NCBI GenBank assembly: GCA_951406725.2
Contig: OX597816.1
Location: 73,966,001 to 74,030,000, forward strand
Length of the DNA: 64,000 nt
From: Octopus vulgaris
Taxonomy: Eukaryota
Reading direction: 5' to 3'
In this document: piece after piece, positions 53,872 through 64,000 of the stretch
How positions within the stretch are numbered: the stretch's first letter is position 1
How the letters are laid out: every line of letters starts with the position of its first letter
Translations under genes and position numbers: made by a program
Notes under the pieces: generated by a model
What the model was told of the DNA's origin: nothing
The model's input: the letters and a program-made list of their open reading frames with translations, nothing else
The model's database searches: none

Positions 53872-54415
53872 CGGAGGGGGAAAGACGGAGAGCGAAGATA
53901 AGAGAGACAAAGAGAAAGGTGAGAGAGAGACAGGAAGGGAGAGATAGATGATACTGATGGGACTGAGTTTGAGATAAAGACAGCGAAAGAGGGGGAGATA
54001 TAGAGAAGAAAGATTGAATGATGAAATAATGAGAGAGATGGAGTGTTATAGAAAATACATGGTGAGAGGAAAAGATTAAAGCAGATGGAAAATGGAAGAT
54101 AAACGCAAGGAAGAGAAAATATAGGAGGTGGAGGAGGAGGAGTTGCTTGAAGTGAAATGAAGGAATAAGAAGAGAAAGGAAAGAGGGTGAAGGGGAGGAA
54201 TGGAGTGAATAGAAGTTAAAAGCGGGGAAGAGATGGAAGAAATGAATAGAGAGAAAATTGTGAAGAGAGGGAGAAAGAGGAAGAGAAATACTAGAGAGTA
54301 AGTGAGCGTGAAAAGAGAGATAGAAAGAAAAAAGGTCGTGGGGATAGGAGGAGGATGATGAAGATAGATATGGCGTTAGAGAGAGATGGAGGATGATAAA
54401 GATAGACATAGAATT

Positions 54416-54440
<25 letters not shown>
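53100..54440. repeat. ~1.3-kb polypurine (GA-rich) low-complexity tract
   Basis: Read directly; S/L/F-rich pseudo-ORFs on the minus strand. Confidence 0.9.
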
Positions 54441-54447
<7 letters not shown>

Positions 54448-54616
54448 TGGAAGTGAAAACAAAAGTAACAAATATAATAGAAGGAAGGAGAATATTTCAA
54501 AGAGACTGACATGATCTAATAATTGAATAAGCAGACTTCTGGAGAGGGAAGGGTGGGGTGACGGCAGTAGTAGCAGCAGCAGCTGTAATAATAGTTGTAG
54601 TGTTGCTGTTGTTGCT

Positions 54617-54976
54617 TGTTTGTTTGTTGGTTTGTTGAGCGAAGCGGTCTTCGTCCCTTAGTGGGAGAAGTCCGAAACGTGGTCCTTTGCTATTCGTAAG
54701 ACCCGCAGAAGAGAAAGCAGGTCAACTCCCGACACCGAGAGCATCGACGGATGGATGAATGCGCATCCAGGCTCAGCGGTTGCGTAGGAAGTCAGGGACA
54801 AGAAACAGGAAGAAAGAGTGAGAGAAAGTTGGAGCGAAAGAGTACAAGGGTCGCCCCCCCCCCTGTCGGAGTCTCGTGGAGCTTTAGGTGTTTTCGCTCA
54901 ATAAACACACACAACGCCCGGTCTAGGAATCGAAACCACGAGTCCGCTGCCCTAACCATTGAGCCATTGCGCCTCC
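54617..54976 (-). mobile_element. SINE family D
   Basis: 14-bp TSD TTGCTGTTGTTGCT (54603-54616, 54977-54990); (CAAA)n tail; homologous to 10938-11300. Confidence 0.9.
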
Positions 54977-55124
54977 TTGCTGTTGTTGCTGATAGTGGTG
55001 GTGGTAGTAGAGCAATGTTTGGTCTTCTGATTAATCCCTAAGTCAGGGAACTGACTGAGTAGACTTATGAGTTATTCCGGCCATGGTCATCCCGCCTTTT
55101 TGTATATAAACATTGAGATATATA

Positions 55125-55540
55125 GGCCTAAGCGTGGCTGTGTGGTTAAGAAGCTTGCTTCCCAACTATGTGGTCTTGTGTTCAGGCCCACTGCTTGGCA
55201 CCTTGGCGGCAAGTGTCTTCTACTATAGCCCCTGGCCGGCCAATGCCTTGTCAGTGAATTTGGTTGACGGAAATTAAAAGAATCCCGACAAGTTACGGGA
55301 ACGTAAACAAACCAACGCCGGTTGTCAAGCGATAGCGGGAGACAAACACAAAACTAAGACACGTCCCCTTGACAACCGGCTTTCGTTTGTTTACACCGTC
55401 GTAACCTAGCCGTTCGGCAAAAGTGATTGATAGAATAAGAACCGGAGTTACAAATAAATACGTGGGTCGATTTTTTGGACAAACCCTGCAAGGATGTGCC
55501 CCAGCATGGCCGCAGAAACAAGCAAAAGAAATAAAGATAA
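55125..55540 (+). mobile_element. rearranged SINE family A (internal inverted segment)
   Basis: Head and core, an inverted tail piece at ~55290-55360, then the normal tail. Confidence 0.65.
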
Positions 55541-55793
55541 ATACTATAATTTAAAAAATTCGAAACTCTTTTATTTCTATCAACAAATTTTTATGTAAAC
55601 AGAACGATTGATTTTGTACCTGTCAGGTCTGTCTTACGATGGCTGATTCTGTCATCCGCCTGCATCTGACAAGCTATGTTTACATTTCAGCAAATACACG
55701 TGGAGCGAATGTTAAATGATGTCGTGGATGCTACGGTGTGAGCAGACTACAATGGCTTTAATGCCGGAAGCTAATTTATGCTAACAGGCGCTT

Positions 55794-56525
55794 ACAGTAA
55801 TTCCTCGACATACGAGTTCATTTGTTCCCGGAGACCGCTCGTAAAGCAGAGCAATAATTTCCCATAGTAGCGATGTTATAAATCGTAATTCGTTCGCGAA
55901 AAATATTTTACCTATAAAATTTATAATACTTGTAAATAAATGGCAATAAAACGACAATAGATTGTAAAGAATATTTTATGTAAAGTAAAAAGAATGACAA
56001 GATCATTTATAATAAAAATATTATTATTATAATTGTTTTCTAATTCACTATTTCGGTCATATTATGCGGAGAAAATCCCTGGAGAAGGACATCATGCTCG
56101 GAATGGTCAGTGGCAAGAGAGGAAGAGGCCGACCAAGAACCCGCTGGCTTGACACCATCAAGAGGGATACCGGAATGGACATAGCCAATCTGAAAGAAGC
56201 GGCCCAGGATAGAACTGACTGGAGGACACTGATCCAACGAGTGACCGAGAGTCGACTTCGACTGAGCGGATAGATAGATAGATAAATAGAATTCACTTTC
56301 ATTCGCACTAGACTCGCGTACATCATTACTTGCAGATGCGATTGCCAATTCACAAGCACTCGTAGACGGAGTTGTTTACTTAGAAGATGCATTTTATTTT
56401 TCGCTAATTTCTGGGTAACACGCAGAAGCATTTGTTATGCTGGTAGAAATTTTTGCATTTCATTCAAAATTTGGATCTTGTGCTTGAAAAATAAAACTCG
56501 TAAACTCGGGGTCTCGTAAAGCGAA
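55794..56525. mobile_element. Tigger/pogo-like non-autonomous DNA transposon (right TIR degraded)
   Basis: TA-CAGTAATTCCTCGACATACGAG start and recurrent CTCGTA subterminal motifs at both ends. Confidence 0.5.
56050..56289 (+). mobile_element. young 5'-truncated RTE-BovB-like LINE 3' end
   Basis: Intact frame YFGHIMRRKSLEKDIMLGMVSGKRGRGRPRTRWLD...DRTDWRTLIQRVTESRLRLSG*; (GATA)n tail; 8-bp TSD AATTCACT (56042-56049, 56290-56297). Confidence 0.9.
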
Positions 56526-56886
56526 CTTCTTGTGTAAAGAAGTTCGCTTCGTAGCTATGTGGTCTTAGGTTCGGCAAATTTCTTCTACTCTTGCTCCGGG
56601 CTGACCAACGTGATGTGAGTCAATCTGGAAGACGAAAACTGGGAGTTCACATATAAATGTAACTTCGAAGTCACTGTCACTCCCCTTCTGGTAACAGTAT
56701 AATAAATATATGTCCTACGAGAAAGTATTGAGCAATTCTTCAATTTAATGCTTTTATTATAACCTGACACGCGTGTGCGTGTGTGTGCGTGCGTGTGTGT
56801 ATGCATGCATGCGTGTGTGCGTGCGTGAGTGTGTGTGTGTGTGTGTGTGTATGCGTGTGTGCGTGCGTGTATGTGTGTGTGTGTGT

Positions 56887-56979
56887 GAGCTCTAAACCAC
56901 AACGCCATATGCCCGTGGCGTAGTGGTTAAGAACACAGGCTACTAACTCTAAGATTCCGAGTTCGATTCCAGGCAGTGA

Positions 56980-57057
<78 letters not shown>

Positions 57058-57610
57058 CATCAAAAAATACCTTAGGAATGAGAACCAGGTTCGAAATTCC
57101 CCCAAGACACCTGATGAAGGCTGGAGGGTATATCAGCCGAAATGTTGTGTTAACAACAAACAAGATGAGGACAAATATTCGTCGCAGGAGTGGCTGTGTG
57201 GTAAGTAGCTCGCTTACCAACCATTTCCGGGTTCATTCCCATTGCGTGGAACCTTGGGCAAATGTCTTCTGCTATAGCCTCGGGCCGACCAAAGCCTTGT
57301 GAGTGGATTTGGTAGACGGAAACTGAAAGAAACCTGTCGTATATATATGTGTGTGCGTGCGTGTGTGTGTGTGTGTGTGTGTTTGTGTGTCTGTGCTTGT
57401 CCCCCCAACATCGCTTGACAACAGATGGTGATGTGTTTACGTCCCCGTATCTTAGCAGTTCGGCAAAAGAGTCCGATAGAATAAGTACTAGGCTTCCAAA
57501 GAATAAGTCCTGGGGTCGATGTGCTCGACTAAAGGCGGTGCTCCAGCATGGCTGCAGTGAAACAAGTAAAAGAGTAAAAGAGAAATTCCTCGTCTCTTTA
57601 CTATAGAACT
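56887..57610 (+). mobile_element. SINE-like family E (tRNA head, (AAT)n, hammerhead) interrupted by SINE A (57183-57582)
   Basis: A box TGGCGTAGTGG, B box GAGTTCGATTCC; hammerhead 57106-57151; family E tail resumes ATTCCTCGTCTCTTTACTATAGAACT. Confidence 0.82.
57106..57151 (+). ncRNA. minimal type-I hammerhead ribozyme (Penelope-type)
   Basis: GACAC-CTGATGA-A-GGCTG(gagggtatat)CAGCC-GAAA-TG-TT-GTGTT; the second copy gives GAAACTTT, so the inferred ancestor is GAAACGTT. Confidence 0.75.
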
Positions 57611-58026
57611 AAACTTTTTTTAATCGAGGAAATTTGAGCATTGCTGACTCACATGGATGCACACATATTTTGCAAAGAAAGGCAAAATTTGCACACACTG
57701 CAAATTTCTTCGCACATTTACAGCAACAAAAAAAATAACGAAGAAATATTACTGCCAAACCATTACATGGATCGGCTCGTCGTCGTAATGAATTTAATTC
57801 TTGGACTGAATGATGCATTATATTCTTAAGCAAGGCACTTCATTTCATGTTGCTCCAGTTTATTCTGTTGTAAATAAGTACGAGTCGGTTGCTGGTGCAG
57901 GCCACTGCCCCTCTAGCTATCACATCCTAGATGTTCCGCTGGGTCATAAGTCATGGAGCCGAGAGGATGTAGATGTCCATTCCCACCTTAACCTTTTTGT
58001 TACTTATATAGGCGAAGTCACGGCTG

Positions 58027-58182
58027 CAGGGACGGACTGAGCAGTCGGTCAATCGGGAACTGCCTGAGAGCCCGGAGCTCTGAAGGGCCCGCTCTCTACA
58101 TGTTAACTCTACTGATATCAATGCTAAGAGGCCTGGTAAACAGTTATGCCTGAGGGCCCTTAATACTCTCAGTCCACCCCTG
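58027..58182. mobile_element. hAT-type MITE inserted in a SINE head
   Basis: TIRs CAGGGACGGACTGAG / CTCAGTCCACCCCTG; 8-bp TSD CA(C/T)GGCTG. Confidence 0.85.
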
Positions 58183-59119
58183 CATGGCTGTATGGTTAAG
58201 AAGTTTGCTTGTCAACTTGATTTCAAGTCCAATCCCACTGCGTGGTACGTTGGGCAAGTGTCTTCAACTTTAGCCTCGGGCCGACCAAAACCTTGTGAAT
58301 GGATTTGGTAGATGGTGTAGCAAGCATGTATACAGTTTACCTTTTAGTGCCCACATTTTGGCTAATCACCATCGTTTTCTGCAAGCATTCACTCGACCAT
58401 ACCCGTTCGTATCGATTGGATGCTTTTAGTCAGCCAATCAGAACACTTGCACGACCAGAAAAGTGTGGTCGGTTCGAACCTACCGTTAGCTATTTAAGGA
58501 CGTTTTTTTCCCGCTATTTCTTCAGTGAGGTGGGTTGTATAATGGGCTTCGAGTCATCAGCATTGAGCAAGTTTTATTCTGCTATACGTTCGCAGTGAGG
58601 AGAGAATTGTCAGCAGAGATTTTTGTTGTCATGCTTTGTGTTTTTCCCACATACATCTTTGTTCAAGCTGCGTGAGGAACCCGTGTATTTTCATAAATAT
58701 AATACTTTATGTGAACCAGTTTGCTGTATCTTCTATTAGCGGAGAAATAAATGTGGTTGTCAGCTTTGACTTGTATCTTCGTATTTTTTTACTCTCTTTA
58801 TCATCACTTGTTTGAAACCATATTATGATATTACCAGGGCCTTAGCCACAGTCACCCCTTTTTCATTTCGCTCCTTGTCTAGACACCGAGTGATATTTGT
58901 AAACGAATGTCACCATCGTTCTTTTTGTGTGATTTTTTTCCTGTGAAAAATGTCTGACCATGGGTAAATATTACATTGCTTGCAAACAGATGAGAGTTGG
59001 CGACAGGAAGGGTATCCAGCTGTAGCGAATCAGGCTCAATAAACTCTGTTCGACTCATGCAAGCATGGAAAAGTGGACGTTAAAATGAATAACGATAACG
59101 ATGGTGATGATTCGTATTC

Positions 59120-59433
59120 ATAACAGCCTTTAAAATGTATATTTTTAATGATATTTTACAGAGTTTAATGATATTTTACAGAGTTACATTTTCAATGATG
59201 TACATAACAATTATGTCGATAAAATAAAAAATATATATACAAAATGTCTTCGGTGGTGTTTCCAGTCACTTGTCGAATTTTATTTTCATTTTTTTCTGTA
59301 ACTCTTTAAAATGTAAATTTTCAATGGATATTTACGGAGATATGATTTAGGGAGTTATACGGAACCCTACCGAAAAAGTATTTTTTTTAAATATTGCTTA
59401 ATAAGCAATATTGTAGCATATCTGCTTTACTAG
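59120..59433 (+). mobile_element. Helitron-like 3' fragment
   Basis: Perfect hairpin AATATTGCTT-AAT-AAGCAATATT (59390-59412), then CTAG|T at 59430-59433. Confidence 0.45.
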
Positions 59434-59639
59434 TGTCTTAGCCACATATTTCAGGCCATCATTTCATTACTAACATAGTGTGAATACACACTTGCACACA
59501 CACACACGCTCACATACGCACACACACACACACATCGCACGCACGCACACACCATGCCCCCCCCCTCCCCGTCTACTGAAATATCTGCTCCAGCTTTCAA
59601 ATGATATCTTTTTTTCAATTGAACTTGAAATATTTAAAT

Positions 59640-60360
59640 GCATCTTCCCTTGCTAACGGAAACATTCGACATTCGAAAGACGGCCATTTGGACCATATGA
59701 ATTCGTTAGAATGCTTTTTGGGTCCCGGACTTCTACAAATTCTGTCCAAAGATTTATTCATGAAGTGACTTCTTATCCGAAGTTTGTGTTTGCTTATATC
59801 GTTGATTTATCGACAGTTAATGCAGTTTCTACTTAGATATGGAAATTAGGTCATTTTTTTTTTTTTTTTTTTTTTTTGGCTAAGTGAATTTCAACGGTCG
59901 TTTTATTTCATCCACACTCTGCTCAAATGACTTCTATTTGTTACGTGAGCGGGAAAGAGAACATGAGAACAAGATTGAAGAGAAATTATTCAAGGCCATT
60001 TTTTAAATTAAATTACCGATACCAAATATGTCCCCTTTCTCGGCTGATGGATGCTTCTGGCGTAGCTTTTGGACGATATATTCAAGGTCTCTGTCAACCT
60101 TTATTCATTCACCCACCACTACCACCACCACAAAGCATTAGCTGGGATTAAAAGACCCATTAACTTTTGTTCTTCATTCTAAACTGGATAAACATTCTCC
60201 AGCAGGAAAAAAAATGGTATAAAACATCCTGACAATGGCAGGTGTCTTGAAGCAGCACTAAAGAGAGATACAAGCTGGATAAAAGTTCCAGTGAGCGGCC
60301 CTATCATTTCAACCCATTGACGGATACAACAAGTTTGGAAGTTATTGGTAAGTACCCGGT
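59640..60360 (+). pseudogene. decayed Gypsy/Ty3 pol (RT and RNase H remnants)
   Basis: FGPYEFVRMLFGSRTSTNSVQRFIHEV...FVFAYIVDL resembles FGLYEFLRMPFGLRNA..FQRF..AYIDD; PLSRLMDASGVAFG resembles the RNase H DAS motif. Confidence 0.75.
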
Positions 60361-60786
60361 TTCATTTTAGTGCTGAGTTTTAATCAGTTATTGTTAAACA
60401 TTTTAACTTCATTGTGTCGATTTATCAGAATTCCTTTTCTTCTCTCCATTTTCTGGATGCTTGAAACAGAACATTATCGAATATTGTTAAATTTTTGCTA
60501 ATTTGTCAAATGGACAATTGTAAAATGTCTTGGCTCCTTTACAAAAATTGGAATTCTTTCGTTTTATGGTGGCAAAATGACAGTTAAATTATCGACATTG
60601 TTCAGTACACTCACATTTTTCAACCAAAATATTTCTTCAAATTCCTGCTTTCAACAGCAGATATGACCATTTCCAAATTTGGTTAATGTTTTCATCATGA
60701 CCCCAAAATGAAAATCAAAGAAAAAAAAATATTGGAATGGATGTAAAACAATGTGTAGGAAACGAATATGAAGAAAAATATGGGGG

Positions 60787-63610
60787 GTTTTTTCAATGAA
60801 ATTTTATATAAATACCTTTCAAACGGCATACATTACGATTATAAAGAAATTTGTGTGGAAAATCTTTTCCAAAAGGGTAGGGGAAGGACTTCGGAAAATT
60901 CACAAGATCCGAGCATTTCTCTCGTAACTTTTAGCAATATGGTTTTATTTTTCAACGAAACTTTATATAAATACCTTTCAAACGGCATACATTACGATTA
61001 TAAAGAAATTTGTGTGGAAACTCTTTTCCAAAAGGGTAGGGGAAGGACTTCGGAAAATTCACAAGATCCGAGCTTTTCTCTCGTAACTTTTAGGAATATG
61101 CTTTTATTTTTCAACGAAACTCTATATAAATACCTTTCAAACGGCATACATTACGATTATAAAGAAATTTGTGTGGAAAATCTTTTCCAAAAGGGTATAG
61201 GAAAGACTTCGGAAAATTCACAAGATCCGAGCTTTTCTCTCGTAACTTTTAGCAATATGCTTTTATTTTTCAACGAAACTTTATATAAATAACTTTCAAA
61301 CGGCATACATTACGATTATAAAGAAATTTGTGTGGAAAATCTTTTCCAAAAGGGTATAGGAAAGACTTCGGAAAATTCACAAGATCCGAGCTTTTCTCTC
61401 GTAACTTTTAGGAATATGCTTTTATTTTTCAACGAAACTTTATATAAATACCTTTCAAACGGCATACATTACGATTATAAAGAAATTTGTGTGGAAAATC
61501 TTTTCCAAAAGGGTAGGGGAAGGACTTCGGAAAATTCACAAGATCCGAGCTTTTCTCTCGTAACTTTTAGCAATATGGTTTTATTTTTCAACGAAACTTT
61601 ATATAAATACCTTTCAAACGGCATACATTACGATTATAAAGAAATTTGTGTGGAAACTCTTTTCCAAAAGGGTAGGGGAAGGACTTCGGAAAATTCACAA
61701 GATCCGAGCTTTTCTCTCGTAACTTTTAGGAATATGCTTTTATTTTTCAACGAAACTCTATATAAATACCTTTCAAACGGCATACATTACGATTATAAAG
61801 AAATTTGTGTGGAAAATCTTTTCCAAAAGGGTATAGGAAAGACTTCGGAAAATTCACAAGATCCGAGCTTTTCTCTCGTAACTTTTAGCAATATGCTTTT
61901 ATTTTTCAACGAAACTTTATATAAATAACTTTCAAACGGCATACATTACGATTATAAAGAAATTTGTGTGGAAAATCTTTTCCAAAAGGGTATAGGAAAG
62001 ACTTCGGAAAATTCACAAGATCCGAGCTTTTCTCTCGTAACTTTTAGGAATATGCTTTTATTTTTCAACGAAACTTTATATAAATACCTTTCAAACGGCA
62101 TACATTACGATTATAAAGAAATTTGTGTGGAAACTCTTTTCCAAAAGGGTAGCGGAAGGACTTCGGAAAATTCACAAGATCCGAGCTTTTCTCTCGTAAC
62201 TTTTAGGAATATGCTTTTATTTTTCAACGAAACTCTATATAAATACCTTTCAAACGGCATACATTACGATTATAAAGAAATTTGTGTGGAAACTCTTTTC
62301 CAAAAAGGGTAGCGGAAGGACTTCGGAAAATTCACAAGATCCGAGCTTTTCTCTCGTAACTTTTAGGAATATGCTTTTATTTTTCAACGAAACTTTATAT
62401 AAATACCTTTCAAACGGCATACATTACGATTATAAAGAAATTTGTGTGGAAACTCTTTTCCAAAAGGGTAGCGGAAGGACTTCGGAAAATTCACAAGATC
62501 CGAGCTTTTCTCTCGTAACTTTTAGCAATATGCTTTTATTTTTCAACGAAACTTTATATAAATACCTTTCAAACGGCATACATTACGATTATAAAGAAAT
62601 TTGTGTGGAAACTCTTTTCCAAAAGGGTAGGGGAAGGACTTCGGAAAATTCACAAGATCCGAGCTTTTCTCTCGTAACTTTTAGGAATATGCTTTTATTT
62701 TTCAACGAAACTCTATATAAATACATTTCAAACGGCATACATTACGATTATAAAGAAATTTGTGTGGAAAATCTTTTCCAAAAGGGTAAAGGAAAGACTT
62801 CGGAAAATTCACAAGATCCGAGCTTTTCTCTCGTAACTTTTAGGAATATGCTTTTATTTTTCAACGAAACTCTATATAAATACCTTTCAAACGGCATACA
62901 TTACGATTATAAAGAAATTTGTGTGGAAAATCTTTTCCAAAAGGGTATAGGAAAGACTTCGGAAAATTCACAAGATCCGAGCTTTTCTCTCGTAACTTTT
63001 AGCAATATGCTTTTATTTTTCAACGAAACTTTATATAAATACCTTTCAAACGGCATACATTACGATTATAAAGAAATTTGTGTGGAAAATCTTTTCCAAA
63101 AGGGTATAGGAAAGACTTCGGAAAATTCACAAGATCCGAGCTTTTCTCTCGTAACTTTTAGCAATATGCTTTTATTTTTCAACGAAACTTTATATAAATA
63201 CCTTTCAAACGGCATACATTACGATTATAAAGAAATTTGTGTGGAAACTCTTTTCCAAAAGGGTAGGGGAAGGACTTCGGAAAATTCACAAGATCCGAGC
63301 TTTTCTCTCGTAACTTTTAGGAATATGCTTTTATTTTTCAACGAAACTCTATATAAATACCTTTCAAACGGCATACATTACGATTATAAAGAAATTTGTG
63401 TGGAAACTCTTTTCCAAAAGGGTAGGGGAAGGACTTCGGAAAATTCACAAGATCCGAGCTTTTCTCTCGTAACTTTTAGGAATATGGGTGAGGGTGGAGA
63501 TTTCAATGAAATTTTATAGAAATACCTTTCAAATGGCATACATTACGATTATAAAGAAATTTGTGGGGAAAATAGTTTCCAAGAGGGTGGAAAATTCACA
63601 TGATCCGAAT
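60787..63610. repeat. 159-bp tandem satellite, 17 full units + 1 degenerate unit
   Basis: ACAAGATCCG recurs every 159 bp (60902, 61061 ... 63447); units nearly identical; one 1-bp insertion at ~62305. Confidence 0.97.
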
Positions 63611-63682
63611 TTTGCGGGTCAAGATGTAGGGGTTAATGTTTAGATTAGAAAAGGTTATTTATTTACCGTCACATTGTATATA

Positions 63683-63716
63683 CCCAAAACCACGATGGGC
63701 TGAAATGTGTAACTAG
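63683..63716 (+). mobile_element. possible Helitron-like 3' end downstream of the satellite
   Basis: CCCA-N9-TGGG weak hairpin, 13 nt, then CTAG|T. Confidence 0.4.
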
Positions 63717-64000
63717 TAAATGGAAAAGCATGCAAGGTAAAAAGAAAAGTTAATTTCGGCCTGTATGTGTGTACACGTTCTCATAGTTGCAACCCACGGG
63801 TAGATGTTGTAAGAGAAAAGAAATTGAGCTAGTAAAAGTTATAGAGTCAAGTGATGTTGTGTCTCATAACCTTCTTTCTCACTCTGTCCCTAATGGTCGC
63901 TGTCAATGAGTTTTTACCAACTCGCTTCTCCAACAATAGAATTCGTTGGAGGTCTGTGATATTGGTGAAATAGAAGAGGTTAGAAGGGTCAAGTGGTGAA

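Noticed and set aside
53051-54409. S/L/F-rich ORFs of ~200 aa resembling membrane proteins
   Set aside because: Artefact of a CT-rich low-complexity tract that lacks stop codons
56910-56982. tRNA gene (likewise the heads at 10938 and 44456)
   Set aside because: A/B boxes are present but there is no complete cloverleaf or acceptor stem, and the sequence continues into a repeat body, so it is a SINE head
60787-63610. CRISPR-like array
   Set aside because: Contiguous near-identical 159-bp units with no unique spacers, no cas genes, eukaryotic context

Overview
AT-rich eukaryotic (metazoan) DNA made almost entirely of interspersed repeats and microsatellites. The repeat repertoire (tRNA/CORE-type SINEs, RTE LINE 3' ends with (GAT)n tails, long (CA)/(TA)/(CAT) tracts) resembles octopus or other cephalopod intronic or intergenic DNA; this assignment is an inference. 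No intact host CDS is supported, and most listed ORFs are translated microsatellites or repeats. Recognisable content: more than 20 truncated RTE LINE copies, several SINE families, decayed CR1-type, Gypsy, maT-mariner, hAT and Helitron/Helentron remnants, MITEs, a probable solo LTR, and a 159-bp satellite (~18 units) just upstream of a Helitron-like 3' end. Main results of the hunt: (1) a tRNA-headed SINE-like element carrying a minimal Penelope-type hammerhead ribozyme and inverted 5' ends (two copies), plus five further degenerate hammerhead-like motifs; (2) perfect or near-perfect local inverted repeats and templated insertions; (3) an apparent CpG-retention boundary near 49-50 kb, next to a candidate minus-strand promoter and first exon. 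All coordinates were read by eye and may be off by a few bases.
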